Shown here: one piece after another, positions 22,261 through 36,700 of the stretch
Position numbering within the stretch: position 1 is the stretch's first letter
Layout of the letters: each line of letters starts with the position of its first letter
Source: Camelus ferus
Lineage: Eukaryota
NCBI RefSeq assembly: GCF_009834535.1
Contig: NC_045697.1
Coordinates: 38,876,001 to 38,940,000 of the forward strand
DNA length: 64,000 bases
Direction: 5' to 3'
Made by a program: the position numbers and the translations under genes
Notes under the pieces: model-generated
Told to the model about the DNA's origin: nothing
The model's database searches: none
Seen by the model: the letters and a program-made list of their open reading frames with translations, nothing else

Positions 22261-25200
22261 TTTTACTGCAACTTTCCCCGAGGGCCCCTGGTCTGGGGTG
22301 CCAGGAGGAAGATGACGGCGCGAGCCCTCTCGGCCGTGAGGCTCCAAGGAAGGAGCGGAGGAAGCGCGGCGATGATTTTGAAAAACCGCCTTCAAGGCTT
22401 CCCTGGGGGAGAGGGAGCTGCCCTGGGGACAGTCCTGACAGATGGCGTGGCTGGGCTCCCGCGATCCGCGGCGGGGACGCCCCGCCCATACGCACCGTGC
22501 TGCCTCCAAAACAGTTTAGCACTTTGCCGCCCTCGCCAGGGAGGCCTGCACACCCCACACCTTCTTCCAAGAAATGACCCACAGGACAGAAGTTACTTCA
22601 CAAAATTGGGAAAATGGGGGCGGCGCTTTTATTCTTGTGCTTGTAAAAGACAAGCACAAGTGTGGGAATCAGGTTGGTTATTCTCTCCCCTTTAGAGGTG
22701 GAGATAGGTCCCCAGAGACGCTATTTACCCCCTGCAGTTCCTCGGGCCGAGAACTGAGCATCAGGAGAAATTTCCACCTGAGGGCTTGTGTGAGTCACTC
22801 TGCAGTCTGCAGCCTCCTCCTCCGTCTCTCCACCTCCAGTTTTTCTAACTAAGTCAGTGAGTCGGACGCCTCCAGTCAACCGGCTGTTCACTGCCCACCG
22901 TGGCCTGGACGTTGTTGCACAGGGTACAGTATGTGCCTCCCTAGATGAGGACTTCCAGCAGAGGAGGGTCTACAGCAGTTGTCTTTTAAATCAGACATCC
23001 TTTGTGATTATATTAAAATTAACTGTAAAGTCAAGAGAATGGGTCCATTTCCAGCATCAAGGTCACTTGTATTTCCTTACTTTACAGCCAAACATTTCTC
23101 TGGCAGATTTTGGGCAACATGACTTCCTGCTGCATCTCTCTGAACCCTGGACTGGGGCAAAAACAATGGCAGATGTGGACCCCCCCCATCTCCCCCCACA
23201 AATTTAAGTTGTACTGAAGTATAGGAAAAGTCTTCAGGTTCTTGGCTGAGGACTTGGCACAGGCAGGTCAGGACCTGCCATTTCTGACAGTAAAAGACAA
23301 GCACAAGTGTGGGAATCAGGTTGGTTTGTTGTTTTAACAAACAATTGCAAAATCATCCAGCACAGTCCTGAATAGGTTTTGATGTGGTTTGTGCCTGGAG
23401 ATGAGCCACACTTCACCAATCTGTCTGCATAACGTCCCTGATGCTGTTAAGACCTATTCTACTGTGACCTGCATCCTGTCCTCCCTAAATAAATGTCTTT
23501 CCCTCTCCTCTTGGTCACCTGAAGAGGCTTTCCAGGTAAGACAAGAAGCCATTCTACTGTGAGAAATTCTTGGGCTCGAGCCAGTTGTCAGGTCATGGTG
23601 AAATCTCCTTGTGTTTTTAGAGAGTTCTGTGTTCCCCCACTTAAAAGTCTGTCCCAGTGATTCCTGTCAGTGCCGAAGCAGGATGGGATCAAGCCAGGCT
23701 GTAAATACCTCTTCTACTGTTAGCACCTATCTCCCCCTTTCTTTGACAGAGAACTTCAGAGCTGAAAAGAACTTAGTGACCAGCACCGTAGAATGGAAAG
23801 CCTTAGTTTCAGTTTCAGGCCTGTGCTTTGCTAAACCCTTCTCAGCAGGTCATTCTCTTTAGTTTGTTAAAAAAAAAATTCAGGAGTGCAACAGTCTAAA
23901 TTAAATGCAGGCAGGGGCTTGTCACTATTTTGAATGGGCACTGACTGTCCTTGTAAGATACCAATTCCAGCCAAAGCTGCCCACTGGAACTACCCACCAC
24001 TGCTCATTTTGCCTGAAAGAACACAGGAGAGGGAAACGGCTGCTTCTGATTTTATTCCTTGCCCTTGAAAGTTTCCATCTAATTCCAGTGACACAGATCT
24101 GCTGGCTCTTCTGTGAACATTTTTGCTGCTTCTTTGTAAACTCCCCACTCCTTCAGAAATCTTCATCAAACATGCGTTTTTCTAAACTGGACTCAGATTC
24201 AAGGACTGTTCTAAATGTACTTCTTCCCCTCTTTCTGTTTTTTTCATTGCTATTATATAATTCAAGTGTGACTCATATGCTTACATTTATTACACTTAAT
24301 CAGGTGCATTTTCTCTTACTATATTTTTGTGGCTTCCTGTTACAGGACTTTGTATGAGGCTTCGTGGATAGGTTTCACTTGACTTGAAAGTACTCCTTAG
24401 GGTAGCTGGTTGAGGTCCAGTGGACTTGGCTGGCTGCCAAGGAGACTTGTGGGAGGACCATTTGAAAGTACCTACTTCTCTAAGGTACACCAAACAAACA
24501 AACAAACTTGATTTCTAGAAATGAACATGAAAGGTCTAACTATGGTGGTCAGATCTACCTGTTATTTCTCCATAAAACGCAGTCTGCTATTTCAGCTCTC
24601 TTTGGTTGGGATGAGTGTTTGCTGCTACTGCTCCATTTCTTCTCTCCCTCTCGTTCTTTCAAAGGAAACTTATAAATCAAGTCACCCTAGTAAACCCTGG
24701 CCTTATAAAACTTCTCAACTCTTTCCAGTAAGGAAACTGTTGAAAACTATCTCTGAAGGTAGTCTAAACAATGTCAGATGAAAAGAACTAAAGATATTTT
24801 AAAGCTTCTTAAACTTTGAGCACAAGTTCTACTGTTGCTGTGGTTATTAATACCTTATGAAACATTCAAAGAGTAATCTGCCCTGTGGTTGTGTTTTCTT
24901 TTGTGGTTGGGGAAAGATGATGCACAAACCTTTTCAAAATGTTAAATGAAAACTGCTGGCTGTTTTCTAAATTCTGATGCCTGGGTAGACAGTTGTTCAG
25001 ATCTGACAGCCTTACCTTTGTCCCCTAATCCTGTAGACGTTTAAAGTATCGACCTACACGAACCAGCTCATGAAGAGTGCCACAAACTGGAACCTGCAGA
25101 AATCACTTTGGGCTCACATTTTCCATCTTCTCCTCCCTCTCCCAGCCTTTCTGACCTCTCTGTAATGCCACTGATAGCAGAAAAGGTTATCAATGGTAGA

Positions 25201-26399
25201 TGGTCTTCAGCAGCAGCTCCGTGGTGAGCTGGCCAAAAGTAAAGAAAGCAGAGGGATCATTCTGTAGGGCTGTCTCCCACTTTCCTTTAGCCTGAATCTC
25301 CTTTATGTTCACGGACTTTCTGGAAACAAAGGGCTCTTAAAGCATTCTGTATTTTCTTAAGAGAGAAAAATAAAGTGCTACCATTTCCCCAAGAGAAGTG
25401 GTGGGTCTTTGGAAGGGGACAGCATTTCCTCACTTGTCACTTACTGAACTACTCTGGATGGAGTGCAAGGAGGGAATCTCCCAAGATGTCAGCGTCTCCC
25501 AGAAAGCGACAAATAGAAGTGGAATACGGATCTGCTTCCCCAGGCTAACACAAGGCTGGGTTTAAAAGAAAGGAGTTTTTGTTTCTGTTTTTATTTGTTT
25601 TTAAAATATGAACCTGGTGGTTAATGTCCTTAAGCTTAGAACAGTGGTTCTCATGCCTGGCTGGGCCTCAGAATCACCTGTAGAAATGTCCAGACCTACT
25701 GCAGACCTCCTGAACCAAAACCACATTGTAGGAATCCAGCATGGGGAGACACAAATAGTATTTCAGCTCTCACAAGATTTTGCAACTTAATCATTAAAAT
25801 CAACAATAAGTGTTTAGAACTTCTTATACCTTATACCATGAAAATGCTTTAAAATACCTTCTAACTGATTCTCTATATCATCTCAACACTGGAGTAGACA
25901 GTAGTTTGAGGTACTTTTAAAAGAATAGGCTTTTAAAAATACACATTGGAGAGGAAATTTAGATATTATGCTGTTTACCTTTTGTATATATGGCCAGGAA
26001 AGTGGAAACCGTCTTTAAAATTATGAACTACTAAGAGAAACTTCCTCATGCTTTCAAAAATTCAGAAATAATACAGATCCCTTTGTGTTGAGATCATAGT
26101 TTAAGCAAGCAGGCCATCAGAGGGAAAATTCCTTTCACCTCATCATACAAATTTCCATCGTTGATTTGGAAGCCAAAGATTACAGTGGAAGACATCTGGC
26201 AACCGTGACAAGTGATTGTCCTTCTCTAAATTCTTCAGCTTCAGGGAGGGAAATGCTAAAGTTTAAGTTATCATTCTTATAGATTTACATAATACAACTT
26301 AAAACTGAACATTAGATTATGAATGTACCATATACACCTAGCATCACTGCTGTCTTCAGGGAAATAAGATTCCAAATCTAAACAGGAAAATACATTTTT

Positions 26400-27100
26400 A
26401 AAATGCTATATTGATTCCAGTTTTACATATTACAAAAACTGGAGGAAAATACAACAAAATATTAACAGTGTTTATATCTATATTGTGGGACTACAGATGA
26501 CCTAAATTTTTTTCTTGATATTTTTCTGTTTTTTCACATTTATTACCTTGAAATTAGAAAATTTAATTTTTTTCTTAAAAATTATTCCTTTGCTTTTTAA
26601 AATTAGTTCTATCACATATGTATGGATCCCTATGAGAACTTTTTTGGGGGTTTTTATATTTTTGAGATAAAATGGTATCATTCTAAATATAATTCTTCTG
26701 TGAATTGCTTTGTTCATCAACACATTTCCAAGATTCATCCATATTTCTGCATGTAGAGAAATTCATTGATATTTAGTGCTGCTTCCATGTAGTGAATATA
26801 CTACCATTTGTTTAGGTCTTTGCCTGTCGGTGGATATTTGGGTTGTTTCCAGTGTTTTCCTATGATAAGTGTTGCGTCTCTGAACATTTTTGTATATGTC
26901 CTCTGAAGCACATCTCAGATGGTTTCTTTAGAAGTGGAACTGGTCATAAGGAATGTGACTAGTAGCTTTACAATGTAATACCAACTTCTTTTCCAAAGTT
27001 TTGAACAAATCATACTCCCACCAGCAGTATATAGCGTTTCCTTTGCTCTATATCCTCATCAACACTTGTCAAACTTCTAAACTTTCCCCCAAATTGTTAT
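26400..27100. mobile_element. Old L1M fragments (mostly antisense)
   Basis: ggtggatatttgggttgtttccag, catactcccaccagcagtatat and tatcctcatcaacacttg motifs. Confidence 0.7.
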
Positions 27101-29809
27101 ATATTCTTTTTTCCATGAATAATATCTAAACCTTCTTGAAGCTATTTATGTTTCCAGCCTACTCAACTTCTTGAGGCTAAAAGGTTCCATATGTTTACTA
27201 TTTACTGGATAAAAGTATTTCCTGTTCCAGCTCAGAGGAGATTTGAGGTATTTTTGGAGAGTTTAGACTATCTCAAAGCTCGCTTGTTATTTCCACTGGT
27301 TACCAGGAACAATATGACAGATGTATGGAAAACTAATTACAGTAGACCTTTTGTCTGTATAATGCTAAAAATGTTACTATCATCCCTTCTACAGCGCTCC
27401 TGGGAGTCAGGACTTGACTCTACATTTTAAAAAATATGTTAACCATATCAATTTATTCCTCCCTCCCCCAAAGCAAATATCAAAGTCTCCAATTGAAAAC
27501 TACCAAGGTGTGTGTAAAATGACTGAATAAGGAAGAAAAAAGGATGCAGGGATAGACAGGAAGTGTAAAAGAGAGAGACTATTAGACTGTGGGCTCAAAA
27601 CAGGATATAAACATGTGAAATCAAATAATGTGCTCAGTATCTCGACCGCAATACCGTGATCATGGGGTGCCCAGCTCCTGTTCAAAGGCAGGTTGGTGTT
27701 AGCTCTTTTAGTTTCTCTCACAATCCTCTCTTAGAAATCAGAATGGAATTAGTCCTGTTTTGTAGTCGAGAAAGGCTAACTGGTCTACAGCATCAGAAGT
27801 AGGCTCAGAATTCTACCGTTTATTCTGGCCACAGCAGTCAAGGCAGTTCGTAATGTCATGAGCATTAAGATTGATGTATACTTCCAAACTGTCTTCCTCT
27901 ATGCTCTATTGATGTCAGAAATTCTAAGGGATCACCGAGTTGCCCATTTGGACCTTTGAGCTCTAATTTTAGTGAAGAAATGGGACTGGGGCAGCCAGGC
28001 CATTGCTGACCCACTGTGGTCTCTCCAGCCTCCTTCCCTTAGCGCCTGCTGCAGCCCTCCTGAAGACCTCCTCAATCTCCTGGGAAAGTCCTAGGGTCTA
28101 CTTGACACCAAGGCAACAGAGAGAATGGAAACGCCCCTTTCAAATTTGTTCTGAGCCCACATTTTGAGGTACAGATGAACTGGGAAGATTTATTCACGTT
28201 TGTCAAGTAAGATCTGCGCTCTTAACTTTTGACCCATTGTCACAGCCACAGGCACATGCAGAGCCACCAGCCAGCTCACAACGACAAGCACGCTGTTCTC
28301 ATAGAACACGCTGCACTTAACTCTGTGGGACAGGAAGACGGAGATGCCAACCAGTGCTTGAATTCATGACATTCCAGCTGGTCGCCAGTGACCATCCCAT
28401 CCCAAGTACCTCTTATTCCCCAAGATTTGTCAGGCAAAGATGTTATCAAGGTTTGGTTTTCAATATTTCAGCCCTGCTCTTGGATGGCATATCTTTTAGT
28501 AGTTAAGCCAAGGCTTAAAAATATGAAGTGGCTTCTTCTAGGTGCTGCATATCGGATGCGTACTTGTCTCTGTGCTCTGTGTAGCTGCTAATTCAGCTTA
28601 GTAATTTCCAGGTCCTCCTCTTTTGATTTGCTTTCCTCTTGCCTTAGAAGCTCCTCTGTTTCAGGAAACCCAGCAGAATTAAGAGCAAAATGAAATTTGA
28701 GTTAATGTAGTAAAAAGATCAAATAGAAATCCCGAGTTCTAATCATTTGAAACATCACTTTGCTGAGCCTCCATTTCTTTCATGTGGAAAGAGGATATAA
28801 TAATACACCCCCGAGTCGAGCTCGCAGCTCTGCTGTAAGGCTCATATGATATCATTGTAGAAGAACTGTTTCTAAAGTGTGAAGTGCTTGCTTATGGGAG
28901 CTACTATTGTTCTTTATGTGACTGTGAGCAAGGTGTTCAGTAGGGTGTCTTCCGGGTGGGAAACTAGTAAGAATCACTTATAAGTGTCACTTTTTCTGGG
29001 CTTTAATCCCTTTTTAAAATCTTTCTGAAATGGTAAAGCACTATGGTTGAAATCAGAACCTTTAAAAAAAAAAAATCAAATGCTGTATATGTTGCTTCAT
29101 TGTAAAATGTATCACTGGCTGGAGCGTCTCAAGACTAACAGGGTGGGGGTGGGCTGGTTTTTTCATTAGCCCCTCTATGCATTGTACATTGATTTGAACT
29201 TAATTGTTGGTATTTTCACCAAAATACTAGTTTCTTTGCTCATTCCTCATCACCACTCCTCAACGTCTACTTTTCTTTCATCTATTAATGTGGAAGCATT
29301 AATAGGACAGAAGATGAGCAGTGAGGAAGTCACTAACAAGCAGGAACAAATACTCTATGAATTGTTGAGTAGATTTTTTTCAGGCTCTCTTGGTTTGTGA
29401 GAATAATGACCAAACTGAAGTTGTTTTCAAATAACCTGTTTATGGCTTGTCTTCCCCAGCAAGTTATATGCTCTCCTATGGCAGATATGTCATTTCTCAT
29501 ACATTTATGTATCTCTAGCCTTCATTAGGAGTGTCTGACACTTAACCGGTGCTCATTGTATGTATGTTGAACTGAACTCAACCAGTTGCATCTGGCATGA
29601 CTTGATTTAGGACATAAGTTAGGAAGACAGTGCTCTGTGTTTTCAACAACCAGGACCTGCCATGTTCAAAACCAAAACAGAACATTGGAAAAAATAACGT
29701 TCTAGCCTCCTAATATCTGTTGGTCTTCACTGCCGCCAAAACACAGAGTTGATCCGTATTTTTGAATCGGGTACAGAAATCTCACCTGTTCTAACAACAA
29801 CAGCAACAT

Positions 29810-30050
29810 ATTTCTTTAGTAATTGCTTTGTGCCAGGCACAGCCCTAAATGTCTTAGATGTATTAACTCATTTAATCCTTAAAGGAATAGTCACACTATG
29901 TGATAGGTACTCATACTGTCTCCATTTTACACACATGTAAACTGATATCGATGGAAACCTTTCCCAAATCACAGATCAAGGGAGTGGCAGAGCAGGGATC
30001 AAAACCTAGAAAGTCCATCTTCTGTATCCATGTTTTTAACCACTACACTG
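29810..30050 (-). mobile_element. MIR SINE
   Basis: tgtgccaggcac...aactcatttaatcct...ccattttaca...aaactga. Confidence 0.7.
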
Positions 30051-31947
30051 CATTTCCTCTGTGTACTGAGTAGCTATGAAGAAAGAAGTGCCTTGGTAGG
30101 TGGTTGTGGAAAGAGGGGCAGTAAAGCTGAGTGGTGCACCTGGGACAGGCCTGAGGTGGTGTCCTCCATCCACTCTGGTGTCCTGGGGAGGCGGGGCTAG
30201 CCTGGGAGCAGTGCTTCCCTCCCTGGGACACATTTCTCAACCTTGGTGACCAGACATAGCTCTGACCTAGCTAAATGGATTAGCTAGTGATTTCAGTTAA
30301 TACCACCAGCACCACCAGCCAGGTTAGCTTTCTTTTCCCACATACTTTTCTTTCATTGGTACAGACAAAATTGAAAGATGACATTATGTGAGTAATACTG
30401 TATACAAATGAGGAGAAGTTACAGCATCAGATAGAATGGAATAGAAAGATTGGCTTCAACCAGACCAGCTAGATCTTATGACTAGTGCTGCTCCTTAATC
30501 TCTACATGTACAGAGTTTTGTTGACTTGATTAAGGAACCTCCTGAAACTATTGTTGGAACAAGTCCCTCAGCGGTCCAGCCTTTCTACAGCCACTTAGGG
30601 AAACTAGCAAGATATTATGAAAAGAGCTATTGGAAGGGAGGGTGTCTGTGAATGACTTCCAGCAGTGAATTAATCATTAATTAACCCTGGACCTACAACT
30701 CTTTGTATGCACATTGAGTCCTTTTCGCTGATAGCCCAGCTTATCATGTTCTAATCCAAAGATTGGTATGTGAAAACATGGAAAAACGGTGAAAGACAAC
30801 AATGAAACCTTAGGCTTCTTCTGTGAGTAAGTGGAGCATTTAGTCTACCTCCTTAAAATACATGGGCAAATGAAAGAGGGCAATCCCATTTCCATAATCT
30901 CCTTAGGGGAGATCTCCATTTTGTAAACAGCTTACTTTTCCAAAGGTCTATCTCCACAGTGATTGTTATGAATTCAGAAAATATTTTCTCCAGTAAAAAC
31001 ACTATAAATTGTGCATCAAAGCCCAGGCTAACTCACAAAAGGGAGGGTTAACTGAATTGTTATATGTTTCTAATTGGAAAAAATATAGAAAATAATTCTG
31101 TGGAAATATCCTTGTGAAATATAATAAGAAATAATTTATTCATTTTGAAAGCAAATGCTTAAAAAAAGTTGTTTTAATTAAAATTTGGCTTAATGAGATG
31201 AGGTTTTGGTGCAGATACTAAAGGGGTTTTCAGGGAACTTTTGAGGCTATTAGAGGTTTGTAGCACAACTCTGATGTATTCCAAGTATTTAGAACAGTCC
31301 TGACACATTGTTAGGTGTGCAGTGAGTACTTGTTGAATGTATGTTGATTGAACTCTATTTTCATTTCAAGAAGGATGACTTTTCTTTATCTTGCTATAAA
31401 GGCATAATAATTAAAGCTGCATTTGTCATAGATGAAATAAGGAGGGGGAAAGAGGAAGAAAAGAAAGGCATGTTGAGAAGTGTTGATGTGAAAAGTAGGT
31501 CATCTGAGAGATGATTAATGATATGAATGGTGAACGATAAAGAAAAAACCAGGAGTTACTTTGCATGGCCCTCTCCTCCTCACCTTCTACCCAGGGGACA
31601 AGGAAGAAGGGGATAGGCAAGATTTTGTACCTCGTGTTTCCTGAGTCAGCCTCTAAGTGGCGCTGTCAGGCAAGAACAGTTTCATTGCTGCCGGAGCTCT
31701 TTGTAGATGGGAAGAGAAAGAGAAGCAGAAATAAAGTTCTTTTCAGTAGCTAGCATGAGTTACAGAGGGAACATATGTGCATCTTTAATAGATAAATTAT
31801 ATGTAGGGGATACATGTTAGATCCTCATTAATAAGTGAAAATACTAGAGTGGTGTGGAATAATGAAAAGAGCACTGGGACTGGGCAAGGGGTCAGACCTG
31901 GATTTCAGCTTTCACTCCTCTGCTTAAAGTCATATGAACTTGGCTGA

Positions 31948-32016
31948 GGTTGGTTGGTTGGTTGGTTGTTTGGTTGGTTGGTTGGTTGGTTGGTTTGTTT
32001 GTTTGTTTGTTTGTTT
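31948..32016. repeat. Compound (GGTT)n(GTTT)n microsatellite inside a MIR
   Basis: Directly visible; the flanks resemble MIR. Confidence 0.95.
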
Positions 32017-33474
32017 ATTAACTTATTTGAAACTTAGTTCTCTTCTATGTAAAATATGACTAAAAACACCCTTCCTTGCCTATTTACTTCAGTTGCAATC
32101 AGTGAGATTATTATGCTTGTGAAACAACTTGGAAAACTGTAAAATAACGTACACATTTCTGGGAGTGTTATGATTATTTCTTCATCCAGAAAAGTGAAGC
32201 TACTGAGCCCAAACCTCTGAGATCATTTCCCTTCTAAAATCGCTATGATCAGAATGGCCTGGGTTTCACTTTATCACGTTAGTCCTCGTCAACAGTTCAC
32301 TGATGTCGTTGACCTGAGAAAGGGGAGTACAGTGGCCTGTTCTAGGCTGCACCCCTGATTTGCTGAACACTTGGTGCCTAGTTTCTACTTCAGAGGACAA
32401 CTGCGAAGCTCATGAAACATTTGGAACCACGGTGCTGTTTAATATTCAGCCTATCTGTTAGATTATCATGACCATATAATTTGTCATCCAATCTGGAACA
32501 CCAGTGTAAAGTATGCGCTATGAATAATTACATCAGAACAACCGGCTTGTATCAGAAATGTCTCAGGCAGACCTAGACATCTGATCCCCTTTTTATATGT
32601 AAAATGTTGAATTTCTCACTTGGGTGCGGGATAGTAAAGTCCTGTTGACCTTAGGCATCTGAGCTGCTGTTATGGATTAGTAAAATGCAGGTCTGTTTGG
32701 ACCTTAGAGGATAGAAACCTAACCGAAGTGTTGAACAGGAGGCTGCTTCTTGCTCTTAAGAAAGCATACTGCTGCAGCTCTGTGGTTAAAGGTAAGAGGA
32801 TATACTATAACTTCAAATTTGCTGATCTTTCACTTCTATTGCAGTTTGAATACGTATAAAAGAGGTGTATCTAGGAGGGTGAATAGCCCTTGGACCTCTG
32901 CCTGCTTTGGGTATTGTTAGTATAGTGGTGTCAATGCTTAGTAATTGTGACTATCCATTACATCTCAAACAGAATTTGGTCCTGTGATCAAATATAAACA
33001 AAAGAACAAAAATGGCTTGTACTAGAGATTTCCACGGAGCACAGCCACGTGCCCAGGGCTTTTCCAACCAGATAATACAGGAGGCGTGAGACTTGTGAAT
33101 TAAGTTGGATCATCAAATCTCATCTTTAAAAATGTCTGATGCCCTAATATGCCAAGAAATTAGACAAGTAGAGTTCTGTTATGGGGAGGGTCTCAATATT
33201 TCTAAAGAAAACCATTAAACATAAAGAGAAATTTGCACCATTAAGCTTAGAAGCAAGTAACAAAGAGATCAACTTACTAAATAGTTTATGGCGAGGAAAA
33301 ACGGCACAAATAAGTCAAAATGGCAGACAAATATTCTTTTTATGTTTTAGAGTATGTTATTAATTTTTGTCACCCATTTAGCTTCCTAATTATGTTTTAT
33401 TTAGGAGAACATTAATTAGATTAATTAAGTCAGTAGTGAGATGTGTGTGTTTTTTGCATAGAAAAGGAGAAATG

Positions 33475-33787
33475 CTATACAAATGAACTTATTTACAAAA
33501 CAGAAACAGACTCACAGATATGGAAAACAAACTTATGGTTATCAAAAGGGAAAGGGGAGAGGGATAAATTAGGAGTTTAGGATTAACAGATACAAACTAC
33601 TATATGTAAAATAGATAAAGAACAAAGTCCTACTGTATAGCACAGGAAACTATATTCAATATCTTCTAATGAGCTGTAATGAAAAAGAATGTATATACAT
33701 ATATATATATATATATAACTGAATCACTTTGCTGTATACCTGAAACTAATACAACATTGTAAATCAACTATATTTCAGTAAAAAATA
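33475..33787 (+). mobile_element. 5'-truncated L1 3' UTR (artiodactyl-type) with TSD
   Basis: tacaaatgaacttatttacaaaacagaaacagactcacaga ... aacattgtaaatcaactata. TSD agaaaaggagaaatg (33460-33474) / agaaaaggaggaatg (33788-33802). Confidence 0.88.
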
Positions 33788-36700
33788 AGAAAAGGAGGAA
33801 TGGTCAAAAACTTAAATGTTGATAATGCTGTTGATGGAAATCCGTCTGGTATTTTAAAAATCTAGTAGCAATAAACCATTTGGTCACTTTAGAATGTTAA
33901 AGATTAGAGTTTCTTTCTGAAAATGTTTTCATTCCCAGGGCTTGAGTCTGAAAAGGGCTGTTCATTTGTAATTCTGAGAACATGTCATCATGATTTATTG
34001 TTTTCGAAAATGTATTCCGGGTTCTACGATGTTGCTGCCTAAGCCCTAACTGCCTAGTAAGGAATGGTAGTTAGGGACCTTCATGGGTTGCACATGCGTG
34101 ACCCATAGATGTTTAGGCTGCCCGTTCACAGTCCGTTGAAACCTGCCTAATAAAACGCATAACTTCCTCAGGTTGTTTGTGCGTTTGCCAAAAAGACTCT
34201 TTGATAGAATGGAATTATCTCTTTGCACAAATATACTTGAATCAATCATTATTTTTTATGGTCCAACTACCATTCTGATTTTATGACTGTACTTTTGGTA
34301 GTGGATAAAATGACACACACCTGGTTCTTTGTAGAGCTCCAAATTATGTCAAAGTCCAACCATGCATGCTGCTTGTTGCCATGATACTCAGTTACATGGG
34401 CCTTATTTCCTCCCTTCCCCAACTGAGTGGTTTTTATGAACAGGTGTTCAGCTAATGGGATAAACAGAGGACGTGCAGTTCTAGCCTACTCATTGCCATC
34501 ATGAAATAATTGAAAAGGACAGATACACCAGAAAGCTAGCTCTGAACCTACAGTAGATCATTCCTCTGAGCATCAGACGTCATATTGCAGAAAGAGGCTG
34601 GATGGGGAGGCTCAGAAGATCTGCACTCTCCTTCCACCAGAACCACTTAAATCTCCAAGTGACTTTGGACAACTCACTTAATTGCTTTGAACCTTTGTTT
34701 CTTCATCTATAATTGAAGCTACAGTCCTACCCCACCTGTCTCACACGGCTGTTGTAGGATTCAATGAGATGGATTAAGTTTATGAATAGCACTATAAATT
34801 ATAAACACTATAGAGATACAAGATACCATTATTAAGGTTCTAATCCAGCTTTCCCAGTGATTCAGGGTATAATGTTGAGCAACTGAATGATATCAGGTTT
34901 TGCAATCATTAAAGCAGCAAAACATTGTAGAAACTTCACTCAACCTTATGCCTAACAAGATTTCTTAAAACATTTCATTTGCTTTGTCCAGTAATAAACC
35001 ACTAATACAGAGAAATGAAGTAGTTCTAGAACTGACTAGCCCAAGTTTAAGAAAATGATATTGAGAGGGGGAAATTGCTGAAAATTATACTCTTTAAGTT
35101 CCAGAAAATTATTTCAGTTACTTATTAAAGGCTTAGTAAAGTCCTAAGGAACTCAGAGAAGCTTCTAAATGTTTGAAATACTAGACTAGAACTTGTGATA
35201 TCATGTGTCTCCATTTCTTACAGACAATTTAATATTCCACATTGCTTAAGGAAAACATAAGCCATCTAGCCTACCCCTCTCCCTACCCCTGTCTCCCACC
35301 AACGAGATCTACAGGGTGGTTGAGTATACATACATATTAGGATATTCATTATGGCATCATTTGTGAGAACTGGAGGCAGAAGAAATGGTCAACATTACAG
35401 GATTATGGGTAAAATCCCCAATACCTCCATTAAAAAATAAACTTCATTACCTACCCCCCTCCAAAAAAAAAAAAAAAAAACTAGAGGATTAGATAAGCCA
35501 ATAGTGTGTATAAATAGCAGACTATTAAAAAGGAGTTAGAATATAAATCAATAAAAAATATTTTTAAAAAAGAAGTAAAATAAAATAAAATAAATTAAAA
35601 GGAGTTAGAAGTAATGCATTGGAAATATTAGAAGTATAATCAGTCACATAGGCAGATCATAAAAATATGGTGTTGAGTTCAAAGACAGAGCAAGAAAGAG
35701 GGAGAGCAGGACAGTAGAAGAAATAGAATGAGATGTAAAACGTAGGAAGGGTCTTGTGTGTACTACGAATTCAGTAATATGTTAATGTGAGCCTAAAGAA
35801 AAAAAAACTTTAAAAATTAAAAGATTGTTGGACTGCCCTGCCTTTCAGAGCTTGCCTGTATAATTCTGTCTAATGTATTTTTTGCATAATGAGGGAATAC
35901 TTCATGCCTCACCTCATCCCCTTCATGCTCCAGCCTATTCCAATCCTTGGGGTCCTTGGGCTTGGTTTTTTCCCCCAAAGATCAAGGTGACTAGCCGGTC
36001 ATTGACCTCCCTGACCATGCTCCATGCTTTTCAACACCAGCATCAAATGGCTTTCTGGCCTTCTCTTATCCAATTTAAATAACATCTGGTCCTTTTGCCA
36101 CTCTTTACTGACTTGATCTTTTTTATTATTTAGTCATCTAGGAGCTCTTTTGAGCTAGTTCAAAGGACTCTCCCGCCTTTTAAATTGTGGAACCCTGAAT
36201 CGGGTACCATGCTAATGAAAGCGGGAGAGTCATGGCCTCCCCCTTTCTTCACTCCTGCTCTGTAAACCTCAGTTCTAGTCATCTCCAAAGGACGCTATTT
36301 TACTATCCACAAGGAGTGTAAAGAATATATAACAGAGTGATAGACATTTCTTGGCATAAATTATTGAATTAAAGTTTTTTATGAAACAGATTTTGCACCT
36401 GCACCAGTAGACTAGAAGTTTGGAAAGGAGGGAGGGACTATAAGCCCTAGGGAGAGAGGATTATTTATGTAAATTTCCTCAGGGAGAAACCACACAGGAA
36501 GGAAGTGGAAATACAGCAACAAAGACTAGACTATGTCATGCCTGTAAGAATTACAGGAAACTTCCATCGTGATCCATCCAGATCTAATGGCTGGAATGAG
36601 TACCATTCGTTTCCTGCTCCGTGTACACTAAGAGATTAGAGCTCATCAATGCCTTGCGATGTTTATGATTTTGTTTTGGTTTTTTCTTTAACATGTAAAG

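Larger units (their letters stand above)
21330..22560. promoter_or_regulatory. HOPX: CpG island / proximal HOPX promoter
   Basis: Very GC-rich with abundant CpG and several GGGCGG boxes, overlapping the first coding exon; the remainder of the window is CpG-depleted. Confidence 0.9.

Noticed and set aside
21655..22695. 346-aa plus-strand ORF (and other overlapping ORFs) antisense to HOPX
   Set aside because: It starts at GTG and is low-complexity G/R/A/P-rich; long stop-free frames are expected in a GC-rich CpG island; no recognisable domain.
23070..23860. Orthologue of the human upstream coding exon (MLIFLGCYRRRLEE N-terminal extension)
   Set aside because: Donor-like sites exist (AAA|GTAAGG near 23080; GAG|GTATTT at 23709), but I could not read a convincing matching frame; the 23709 frame has a nearby in-frame stop.
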